From Chloroflexota bacterium (GTDB taxonomy: Bacteria > Chloroflexota > UBA6077 > CF-72): a stretch of 64,000 bases of DNA. How positions within the stretch are numbered: position 1 is the first letter of the stretch; each line of letters begins with the position of its first letter. The notes below the pieces were generated by a model. The model saw only the letters and a program-made list of their open reading frames with translations. It had not been told where the DNA came from and did not search any database. The DNA is taken from contig JAFAOS010000340.1 of NCBI GenBank assembly GCA_019247515.1, forward strand, positions 315 to 64,314. The letters run 5' to 3'. Positions 17,462 through 25,840 of this stretch are shown here, one piece after another. Both the position numbers and the translations under genes were made by a program.

Positions 17462-17573
17462 CGTGTTTGCAATGGGGAAATCTGTCGCGGCGCCCACGAG
17501 CGCACTGAGGAACCCGGAGCTCAACAAGAGCCCGGATACTCGCCAATTTCACGTCGCGTCTCGATGCTGGCGC

Positions 17574-18881
17574 TTACCATTCGACCTCTGGCGCGGGCAA
17601 CTCTGGCGTGCCGCCGCACTCGCGAGCCAGCACCGGCATGATCTCGTCGGCGAACGCGTGCATCTGCTCCTGCTCCTCCTCCCACGTGCAGCCAGGCCCG
17701 CCGAACAGCACTCCGCATGGGAAGTCGTCGTACTGCCCGATTTCCTTCACTCGCATGATCTCGTCGACCAGCTGCTGCACGCTCCCGCACAGCCGAGGGC
17801 GATGCACCGGTGGTCCGCCGGTCGCGCTCGGGGGCGCGAACCCGCCCAGGTAGCCCCAGAGGTGCTGGCCGGCGAGCTCGAACTGCTCGCGGCTGCCGAT
17901 ACCGTGATCCACGATGTAGACCTCCGCCGCGTGGACCACGCCGCGTTTGCGCTCGGAGTCCCAGCCGTACCTGAAGGCGCCGCGCTGCCGGTAGTCCGGA
18001 AAACCGCTCTTTTCGGCCTCCTGGTGATAAGCCTCCACCTCTTCGCGAACGCGGTCCGGTTCGATGGTCAGGAAGATCACGTTGATTCCGGCGCGCGCGG
18101 AGCGCCGCAGTGAGCTCATGTTCCTGACGTTCGGCTGCCAGAGCTGCGGATGCGGCTTCTGCAGCGGCTGTGGGAAGACGGACAGCTCCTTGAGCCGCGT
18201 CGCATGCGAGCGGATCCCGCTGGGCACGCCGGTCGGTTCCCCCAACTGGAGCACGTCTTCAACCCGGCGCCCCACCTCAGGCTGCGAGAAATACTCGATG
18301 GTCATCGGATGGTGGTGCGGCGTCCACGTCGGCGGGATGGTGTAGAACTGCCCCTGGTACGAGAAGGACGGCTCGGTCCACGCTTTGATGATGATCTCCA
18401 GACACTCGTCGTAGTAGGCACGACTGCGCATTTCGTCGCCGGCAGTCGAGCCGTACACCTGGCCAAAGACCTCCGTCTCGCGCGGCTGCGCGCCGCGGCC
18501 GACGCCGAACTCCAGTCGGCCCCCGCTCAGCACGTCGACCATCGCCGCCTGTTCGGCCAGTCGGACCGGGTGGTGCCAGGGCAGAATGTTGGCGAGCTGG
18601 CCGATGCGCAGGCGCCTGGTGCGGGTAGCGATCGCGGCGCTCATGAGCAGCGGGTTTGGACTGAACTCGGCACCCTCCGGCTGGAAGTGATGCTCGGTCA
18701 TGAAGAAGTAGTGAAACCCGAGCTGCTCGGCGAGTATCGCCTTGCGCACCTGGTTGACGACCGCGCGCTGGCGCGACGCGTGCATCGCTCCCAGGTCGCC
18801 CTTGGGTACGGTCACGCCGTTGGCGGTGAGCCGGATCGGCAGGTCGGTGGGGCCGTTCTCAACGGTCAGGAATTCGATCAT
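17574..18881 (-). CDS. LLM class flavin-dependent oxidoreductase (long form, 435 aa)
   Basis: LGFHYFFMTEHHFQPEGAEFSPNP, RIGQLANILPWHHPVRLAEQAAMVDVLSGGRLEFGVGRG. Confidence 0.85.
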   Translation of the reverse strand: MIEFLTVENGPTDLPIRLTANGVTVPKGDLGAMHASRQRAVVNQVRKAILAEQLGFHYFFMTEHHFQPEGAEFSPNPLLMSAAIATRTRRLRIGQLANILPWHHPVRLAEQAAMVDVLSGGRLEFGVGRGAQPRETEVFGQVYGSTAGDEMRSRAYYDECLEIIIKAWTEPSFSYQGQFYTIPPTWTPHHHPMTIEYFSQPEVGRRVEDVLQLGEPTGVPSGIRSHATRLKELSVFPQPLQKPHPQLWQPNVRNMSSLRRSARAGINVIFLTIEPDRVREEVEAYHQEAEKSGFPDYRQRGAFRYGWDSERKRGVVHAAEVYIVDHGIGSREQFELAGQHLWGYLGGFAPPSATGGPPVHRPRLCGSVQQLVDEIMRVKEIGQYDDFPCGVLFGGPGCTWEEEQEQMHAFADEIMPVLARECGGTPELPAPEVEW

Positions 18882-19150
18882 CGTGTTGCGGGCTCTTTTC
18901 TAGCGGGCAATTCTCGAGCACACGGCTGGCCGCCGTCGCGCGCGCGTGGCTACCATACCGGCCCATGGCACGCGTCTAGGTCAGATCACGCAATCCACGG
19001 GCGTCAGGAAGAACCTGTTCCAATTGGGAATGTCCTCCGGTGTGTCGGGCATGACGCCACCCATATACCCGACGTGCTTCGCTCACCGCGGCTGCGCTTG
19101 ATCTCCAGCGGTCTGACGTCATACCTTTTGGTAAAACGAGCGAGGGGTAC

Positions 19151-20257
19151 GTGAAGGCAGCATTGTTCACGGGCGCGAGCTACGCCGGGCCGTCCACGCG
19201 CGGCAAATGGCCTGTGCCAGTCAACGTTTATTCGAGAGAAGCGGCCGAGGACTCGATGCAATGGGCACTCGAGCAGTTCAGCATGGCAGACGAGCTCGGT
19301 TTCGACTGGGTCACGGTTGCCGAACATCACTTCTCGCCGTTTTCGCTGACACCTAACCCGATGGTCATGGCCGGAGCGCTGACGCAACGGGTGAAGCGGG
19401 CAAGGATTGCGCTGCTGGGTCCGAATATTCCGATCCAGAACCCGGTGCGCGTCGCCGAGGAATTCGCCATGCTCGACACGCTCACCAACGGGCGCGTTGT
19501 CGCCGGCATGCTGCGCGGGACCTCCAACGAGTATGTCACGTACAACATCAACCCCGCGGAATCGCGCGGGCGCTTTGATGAAGCCTTGCAGATCATCCGC
19601 AGAGCCTGGACGGAACCGCAGCCGTTCGGTTGGTGGGGTCGCTACTTCGAATATCGTTCGATCTCGATCTGGCCACGACCCGTCCAGCAGCCCCACCCTC
19701 CGATTTACATGTCCGGCTCGAGCCCGGAGTCAGCCGAGCTGGCCGCTCGCAACCGTATCGGCCTGGGCTTCGCGGTCACGTCCGTGCCCCTTGCAAGCCA
19801 ATCCGGAAAGCTGTATCGCCAGGTGGCGAATGAAGTGGGATGGACTCCGCAAGCGGATGACGTCATTTATCGGGTTGGGATCCACGTCGCCGCGACTGAC
19901 CAGCAGGCGTTCGACGAGCTGCAGAGCATTCCCGCGGACGGCGTCACGCGGCTCAGTCGCGCCAACCCGGTCATCGACGATGCGGTCGCCCAGGCGGGCT
20001 ACTACGGACGGGACCGCGAGCATCAGCAAGGCCGGGCCATGCTGAACCGGGGCGCTGAGTTTGCCGATCGGCTCAAGAATGGGCAGCAGCTGGCGGGCAG
20101 TCCAGATACCGTGCTGGAGCAGGTTTGCAGCGTGCATCGCGAGCTGGGCGCCGGCGTGCTGGACCTCATCTTCCGCGGCCCGGATCGTGACAGCACGCGG
20201 CGCTCGATCGAGCTGTTTGGCACTCACGTTCTGCCGCGCATTCACGAGCTCGACTGA
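19151..20257 (+). CDS. LLM class flavin-dependent oxidoreductase, paralogue of 10673-11773
   Basis: GTG start after GAGGGG. FDWVTVAEHHFS, RIALLGPNIPIQNPVRVAEEFAMLD, WTEPQPFGWWGRYFEYRSISIWPRPVQQPHPP. About 60 percent of positions are identical to the paralogue by eye. Confidence 0.85.
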   Translation: MKAALFTGASYAGPSTRGKWPVPVNVYSREAAEDSMQWALEQFSMADELGFDWVTVAEHHFSPFSLTPNPMVMAGALTQRVKRARIALLGPNIPIQNPVRVAEEFAMLDTLTNGRVVAGMLRGTSNEYVTYNINPAESRGRFDEALQIIRRAWTEPQPFGWWGRYFEYRSISIWPRPVQQPHPPIYMSGSSPESAELAARNRIGLGFAVTSVPLASQSGKLYRQVANEVGWTPQADDVIYRVGIHVAATDQQAFDELQSIPADGVTRLSRANPVIDDAVAQAGYYGRDREHQQGRAMLNRGAEFADRLKNGQQLAGSPDTVLEQVCSVHRELGAGVLDLIFRGPDRDSTRRSIELFGTHVLPRIHELD

Positions 20258-20273
20258 GGAGGCACCGCCCGGG

Positions 20274-21098
20274 ATGGCTATTGACACGCTCAACACAACT
20301 CACACCGGGGCGTCGCGGTTTGGCGAGAAATTCGTGGACGCTGACGGCTTTCACATTCGCTACCTGGAAGCTGGTCAAGGCGAGCCGATCATACACTTCC
20401 ACGGAGCAGGCGGGTTGCATCTCTATCGCTCGCACGAGCTGCTCGCGCAAAAGTATCGCGTGATCCTGTTCGAGGTGCCCGGATTCGGCAACTCTCCAGC
20501 CAACGAGCGCTCGCAGTCCGTTGAGGACCTGGGACAGACGATGGCGGAGGCGGTAAGCCGTCTCGGTATCGACCGGTTCAACCTGATGGGGAACTCCTTC
20601 GGCGGCATGCTTGCGTTGTGGACTGCGCTGCAGGCTACTGAACGCATTCACTCGCTTGTCCTCGTCGCCCCAGCGGCAATCCTTCCAGAGAACCACACGG
20701 GGCCGCAGGGTCTGTCGCCCGAGGAGCGCACGAAGCGCCTGTTCGCCCATCCGGAGCGGGTGGACCTGCCGCCGCCGTTGCCCCCGGAGGTCAGGGCAAA
20801 GCAGAACGCGTTCACGCGGCGCCTTACGACTCCCAGTCGAGATGAGCTCGAGGCGCGCATGGCCAGCTTCCAGCCACCGGTGCTCGTCGTCTGGGGGCCG
20901 GATGACCGGATGATTCCGAGTGAGATGGGCCGTGTTTACGTCGAAAAGCTGCCTACCGCCTTCCTGGTCCTGCTGTACGACGCCGGGCACGAGGCGGACG
21001 CGGACCGGCCCGAGGCATTCGCCGACCTGGTCACCGAATTCGTCGAACGAGGCGCTGAATTCGTGGTGAACCGTCGGAGTGGAGTGGTCCATCCTTGA
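20274..21098 (+). CDS. Alpha/beta hydrolase, paralogue 2
   Basis: Internal ATG 20274 of ORF 20061-21098, 16 nt after the LLM stop. FVDADGFHIRYLEAGQGEPIIHFHGAGGLH, GNSFGG, AGHE. Confidence 0.8.
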   Translation: MAIDTLNTTHTGASRFGEKFVDADGFHIRYLEAGQGEPIIHFHGAGGLHLYRSHELLAQKYRVILFEVPGFGNSPANERSQSVEDLGQTMAEAVSRLGIDRFNLMGNSFGGMLALWTALQATERIHSLVLVAPAAILPENHTGPQGLSPEERTKRLFAHPERVDLPPPLPPEVRAKQNAFTRRLTTPSRDELEARMASFQPPVLVVWGPDDRMIPSEMGRVYVEKLPTAFLVLLYDAGHEADADRPEAFADLVTEFVERGAEFVVNRRSGVVHP

Positions 21099-21237
21099 GG
21101 GGATCCGCGCATGCATGAAGGGAGCAGCACAGGAGGACTCGATATCGACGAGCACACTTCTGCACCACTCGAGTTGGCGAGACCTGGAGTAGCCGCACGC
21201 GGCCAATGAGCCCGAGGCAAAACGCGCGGGACCTCCC

Positions 21238-21896
21238 GTGGTTCTGAGAAGAGCAAGTATCTCCGACAGCGTTGCGGAGATCGTGCTCGAACGCATCACC
21301 TCGGGCGTTTACAAGGTCGGCCAGCGCCTTCCAACGGAGCGGCAGTTGGCCGAGACACTCGGCGTGAGCAGAGCCGGCGTCCGCGAGGGCTTGAACCGGC
21401 TGCAGAGCATGGGTCTGATCGTCACCGTCCGCGGTCTGGGCGGTGGTTCGATCGTCCGGGAGTTCGACGGCGGTTTTCTCGCGCGCGCACTGGCGCTTAC
21501 GTTGAAAATGAATGGCGTGACCAGGGAGCAGCTGATTGAAGCTCGGATTGCGCTGGCTCCAGAGATCGCCGCGCTTGCGGCCCTGCGCGCGTCTGACGAG
21601 GACATCCAGGCCCTCGAGGCGATCTCAAAGGGCATCGACGGCACCCGCTCAGATCAGGCGCATCGAGCGATGTTTGCTTTCCATGTGCGTTTGACCGAAG
21701 CCTGCGGCAATCCCATTCTGAAGGCGGCCATGAGCCCCATCCTTGACCTGGTGAGCCCGTGGCCGACCTCGCGCGCCTGCAGGCTCGAGAAAAAAGCTCG
21801 CCGGGCGAACAGTTGGAGATCCTGGCGGTGATGCAGGCGGTGAAGGCCCGCGACCCGGTCCGCGCCCGCGCCTCGATGGTGAAATATATGGAGCAC
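21238..21896 (+). pseudogene. GntR family (FadR/FCD subfamily) regulator interrupted by a frameshift near 21745-21760
   Basis: Winged-helix LPTERQLAETLGVSRAGVREGLNRLQSMGLI in frame 1. After ...SPILDLVSP that frame turns into nonsense and stops at 21831. The FCD-like continuation VADLARLQAREKSSPGEQLEILAVMQAVKARDPVRARASMVKYMEH is in another frame (ORF 21759-22154). Confidence 0.6.
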
Positions 21897-22110
21897 CGGG
21901 CGCCAGTGCTCGATGTCGTTGGGTGCGTCTACCGGCAGCGTCGCGTCGAAGCCGATCTTGCTAATCGTGCCGTCCTCGGCCGCCGTATGGTCCAGTCCCA
22001 CGCGACCGGGGAAGCCGGACTCAATGACAACATCGCGATCCGGACGGAGCCGCGTCGTTTGCGCCCAACTCACCTCCGCGTCGCAGTACACGTCGATGGT
22101 ATGCGAGTCT
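21897..22110 (-). pseudogene. C-terminal remnant of a UbiD-family decarboxylase
   Basis: The translation TIDVYCDAEVSWAQTTRLRPDRDVVIESGFPGRVGLDHTAAEDGTISKIGFDATLPVDAPNDIEHWRP parallels the end of UbiD as I recall it (DVxxxxxVxWAxxTRxxPxRDxV...LDxxxxxxGxxSKxGxDAT...EWxRP). Nothing UbiD-like lies further upstream. Confidence 0.4.
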
Positions 22111-22343
22111 GCGGGAAGTATCGGCGACGGGACCCAGGTTCTTCGTCCAGCTGATGGAGGACCTGGACAGCACTGATGGCCGGAAAGGCCCGTGGAGCTC
22201 GGACGGTTACGTGCCCAAGGGCCTTGTCGACCGGCTGCGCGACGGCGAGTGGCGCTACAGTGGCGATTGATGCACCTTACGTCAAGCCAGAGCTTGCCGA
22301 AAGTTGGGAACCCCGCTGCGGTGCTGTGCGCCGCGTCGTGCTT

Positions 22344-22676
22344 TTATGCGGTGGGCGGGTGATAGCTGGCAATCGCTTCCGCACCCTTCCGCATTGCCTG
22401 GATGCCTTCCTCGACCGGCATGAGCGGCGTGGTTTTGATTGCCTTCACTGATCCACCAGCGGAGACGACCATCGATGCCGCTGCAGCGCTCTGGTTATCT
22501 GGCAGATCCATCACCGCGACGATGTCGTAGTCGCCAAAGGCGAAGTAGGCGCTCTCAAACCGACCACCAAGGCGCTGCATGAGCTCCGACACGATTTTCA
22601 CGCGGTCTTGAGGATTCTTCAGCTGGGCAGCCCATGCTTCTGGCGTGTACGCCACTTGGAGCAGATAGCGAGGCAC
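22344..22676 (-). CDS. GYD domain protein
   Basis: ORF 22344-22742 trimmed to the GTG at 22676, which has AAGGAG 6 nt upstream. (M)PRYLLQVAYTPEAW..., FAFGDYDIVAVMDLPD. Confidence 0.75.
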   Translation of the reverse strand: MPRYLLQVAYTPEAWAAQLKNPQDRVKIVSELMQRLGGRFESAYFAFGDYDIVAVMDLPDNQSAAAASMVVSAGGSVKAIKTTPLMPVEEGIQAMRKGAEAIASYHPPTA

Positions 22677-22834
22677 GGCGGTCTCCTTTGTGACCCCAAA
22701 ATTCCCGATCGCAGTAAACACCCGCACGACCACGCGCGGCAAGGTGTTGTCACATGAATGCTTTCAGGTGGCCGCCACGTTTCGTAGGTCCCGGCAATTC
22801 TTCTCTGAAGAGAAGCAGATTTTTCATCAACCTG

Positions 22835-24364
22835 TTACACGTCAACTCCACCACGCGCCTGGGTCCCAGCCAGGTAGCGTTGCAGACTTTGTCGCACGAA
22901 CTCGTGCGCGTCACCTTGCCTGATCGGCAAGATCGCGGCAGTGAACCCCGCGGGCTGCGAATCCTTTGTCAGGTGATAGACGCGTTGAACCAGCGCGCAC
23001 TGATCGCGATCGAGCGGCTGGTTGGCAGGGTAACGCGGATCGTCGATCGAGACGCTAACCTGCGGCATCTGGACCCGTGGGAGTGTTAGCGGCGTATCCG
23101 TGCGTGCGCTCGACAGATTCAATACCGATTCGAATGAATTGGCGCTCTCGTCGCGTTTCGTCAGGAAACCAGGTAGCCCAAACAATTTCTTGACCGTCGA
23201 TAGCACCGAGGTGTGCTGGTACTGCGTCGAGTCCACGCGGCCCGCCTCGACCCAGGGCGATGCGATGATTGCCGGCACTCGCAACCCCAACCGGTCAAAT
23301 GCGAACGACGGCGCGTACGGCGGATCGCCTGGCTGTGGCGAATTCTTACCATCTGGGTTGGGCACGCCTTCAGCTGGTGGTATCACATGGTCGTAAAAGC
23401 CGCCGTGCTCGTCGTAGGTAACAATCAAGACGGTGCTGGCCCAGCTGGCTGGACTGGCCCGCAGCCCTTCATACACGTCTGCTATCAGGTTGTCCGCGTA
23501 ACGCGCGTCCTCTGGCGCATGTTGTGAGTTTGCCATTCCATGCGTGACACCGGCGGCATTATATGAGTTCAAGAAACGCGGAATGATGAACGAGTAATTT
23601 GCCAGTTTCCCAGCCTGGACATCGGGCACGAAGTCGTGCTCGAAGGATTTGAAGCACGCAACACTGGCCTTGAGTTGGCTGAACTCCAGGACCTCGTTCT
23701 GGTCGAAGGAATATGTTGCCCAGGTCAGCCCATTTGCCTGGAGGTTGTCGTAGACGGTCCGCGTCGTAAATTGGCGAGTCCACTCGTTGAGGCCAGCTCC
23801 GAGCGACGTTGCCGCGTGCATGTACAGCCGGTTCGGCTGGGTTGGCCCTGGCACTTCCGAATACCAGTTGTCGCACAGGCAAAACGCGTCGGCAAGTGCG
23901 TTGATGGAGGGCAATCTGGTTGGCGCGAACGCCTGCATGACGACGTGGATCTGCTGCGGTGTCGGGTTCGGTATGCGGTCATGAAACAGCTCGTCGCCGT
24001 AGTTCCTGACGAAACCATCGTTTGTAGCCGGTAGACGTGGGCTGGGTCCACCCCTGTCGTTGCACAGTTGATAATTCGTGGCCTGAATCGAGTGACCTGG
24101 TCCCTGGCCAACCAGGACGGCATACGGAGCATTGGCATCCGCTACGTACGCGGGATTGGAGCTGGACTCAGGTCGAGAGGGATCCAGCAGGTTTCGCTCA
24201 TTTCCAGTGAGGCCCCGCACGCCGGGTCGATACCCGAAGATGTGGTCGAACGAGCGGTTCTCAAGCATCAAAACAACGACGTGCTCAATATTGGCAGTCA
24301 CCTGACAGGATCCCCTTGCTGGTAGCCGAAGTCGGCAGTATGACACGCGTCGGAACGTTGTCAA
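22835..24364 (-). CDS. Phosphoesterase / phospholipase C family protein, paralogue without the N-terminal module
   Basis: IEHVVVLMLENRSFDHIFGY, TYDEHGGFYDHVIPP, GLRVPAIIASP. An alternative GTG start at 24301 with AAGGGGA upstream is at least as likely as 24364. Confidence 0.85.
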   Translation of the reverse strand: MTTFRRVSYCRLRLPARGSCQVTANIEHVVVLMLENRSFDHIFGYRPGVRGLTGNERNLLDPSRPESSSNPAYVADANAPYAVLVGQGPGHSIQATNYQLCNDRGGPSPRLPATNDGFVRNYGDELFHDRIPNPTPQQIHVVMQAFAPTRLPSINALADAFCLCDNWYSEVPGPTQPNRLYMHAATSLGAGLNEWTRQFTTRTVYDNLQANGLTWATYSFDQNEVLEFSQLKASVACFKSFEHDFVPDVQAGKLANYSFIIPRFLNSYNAAGVTHGMANSQHAPEDARYADNLIADVYEGLRASPASWASTVLIVTYDEHGGFYDHVIPPAEGVPNPDGKNSPQPGDPPYAPSFAFDRLGLRVPAIIASPWVEAGRVDSTQYQHTSVLSTVKKLFGLPGFLTKRDESANSFESVLNLSSARTDTPLTLPRVQMPQVSVSIDDPRYPANQPLDRDQCALVQRVYHLTKDSQPAGFTAAILPIRQGDAHEFVRQSLQRYLAGTQARGGVDV

Positions 24365-24654
24365 GAGACGAGCCCGACCTTGTCGATGGGGAGATCACTC
24401 TATCGCTCTATGCGGTGGAGGGATGGCATGCCGCCGCGCACGGCTATGCTGGCGAAGCGTCCCCTCTCACATCGTCAGGAACATTCGAGCTCCGATGTCC
24501 TGGTGCAAGTCAGGCCCAGGACCACCATCTTGCCCCCTGGCACGAAACGCAGGGGCAACGCGTCCACCGACAAGCCTCAATCGCGGCGTCTGTCCACCTG
24601 TGGCGACGTGACACATACACCCGTGGCTCGACCGAGGCAGTCGTAGGTCATCAC

Positions 24655-24987
24655 TTGCAGTGTTTCGGCGCGGGTGACCTCGAAGGAATCCTGGCTGATT
24701 ACACCGCCGATTCAGTGCTCTGCACGCCCACCGGTGTGCTCCGCGGCCCGCAGGGCATGACGCCCTTCTTTCAGGCAACGTTTGCGGAGTTTGCCAAGCC
24801 AGGCATGAGCTTCACCATGCAACGCCAGACCTTCGAGGGCGAAGTCGCACACATCATCTGGAACGCTGAAACGGCAGGCAACGTCTACGAGATGGGCACG
24901 GACACGTTTGTCGTGCGCGATGGCAAGATCGTCGCGCAGACGTACGCGGCAAAGGCGACGCCCAAGAGCCAGGCCAAGCGCTTCTAG
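24655..24987 (+). CDS. SnoaL-like / NTF2-fold protein, start uncertain
   Basis: The domain is recognisable from about TEAVVGHHLQCFGAGDLEGILADYTADSVL to the C-terminus. The only in-frame start codons are GTG 24415 (about 70 implausible extra residues) and TTG 24655 (clips the first helix). The ORF track gives 24316-24987. Confidence 0.5.
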   Translation: MQCFGAGDLEGILADYTADSVLCTPTGVLRGPQGMTPFFQATFAEFAKPGMSFTMQRQTFEGEVAHIIWNAETAGNVYEMGTDTFVVRDGKIVAQTYAAKATPKSQAKRF

Positions 24988-25034
24988 TCCGGCCACGCAT
25001 TGGTCGCCGCGCGCGTGGGTGAAACAATCGCACG

Positions 25035-25664
25035 GTGACTGCACGTTGGTGGCTGCCCGTCCTCTGGCGGGTTGCAATGATCTGGGTGCCTATCGCCGTG
25101 GCGGTGACTGGCCTGGCGGCGCTCGTCTATGCAGCGGTGCAACATGAGCTGCGACAGAGCGCCAACGACCCGCAGGTCCAACTTGCTGAGGACACCGCCG
25201 CGCGTCTCGACGCTGGCGCAACGCCAAGTGCGGTGCTGCCGGCCGAGCGCGTTGAGATGTCGAGCTCGCTGGCCCCGTACGTCATGGTGTTCGACGCGAA
25301 CGGAGAGCAGATCGCCTCGTCCGCGGTACTCCAGGGCACCGCGCCGCCATTTCCGGCATCGGTGTTTGAGGCCGTGCGATCCGGGGGTCAGGACGCGATT
25401 ACATGGCAACCACAGCTGGGCGTGCGGAGTGCCGCCGTGGTCCAACACTGGCGTGGCGGGTTCGTTGTGGCCGGACGCTCGCTGCGGCTGGTCGAAGAAC
25501 GCGAAAATGACGTGTTGCTGCTTTCGGCGTTCATGTGGGTGCTCACGTTGGGTGCGACCGCAATCGCGTCGACGGCGGTGGCGCTCGTGGCGGCGTCGCG
25601 GTCGGGCGAGATCGACTTGCGTGCGATGTCGATCGCGCGGCGCGGCCCCGCTCTCCGCGGGTGA
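25035..25664 (+). CDS. Two-TM membrane protein with an extracytoplasmic sensor-like domain and no output domain
   Basis: An N-terminal TM (WLPVLWRVAMIWVPIAVAVTGLAALVYAAV), about 120 aa of soluble loop, a second TM (LLLSAFMWVLTLGATAIASTAVALVAA) and a short tail. Topology resembles the input half of a histidine kinase. Confidence 0.55.
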   Translation: MTARWWLPVLWRVAMIWVPIAVAVTGLAALVYAAVQHELRQSANDPQVQLAEDTAARLDAGATPSAVLPAERVEMSSSLAPYVMVFDANGEQIASSAVLQGTAPPFPASVFEAVRSGGQDAITWQPQLGVRSAAVVQHWRGGFVVAGRSLRLVEERENDVLLLSAFMWVLTLGATAIASTAVALVAASRSGEIDLRAMSIARRGPALRG

Positions 25665-25840
25665 CGATCGGTGGCCGACGGCGCGACATTCATCGCCTCG
25701 TAGCAATGATGCCGCAACGTAAACGGGACAGCATGTCAACCAGCGGACCGGTACTCTGGTCGGACTCTTGATCCTGGGAGGAAGGGGTCATAGCCGCCAA
25801 CGTCAGCGGCGAGCACATTGAACTACTCAGCCAGGTCGAG

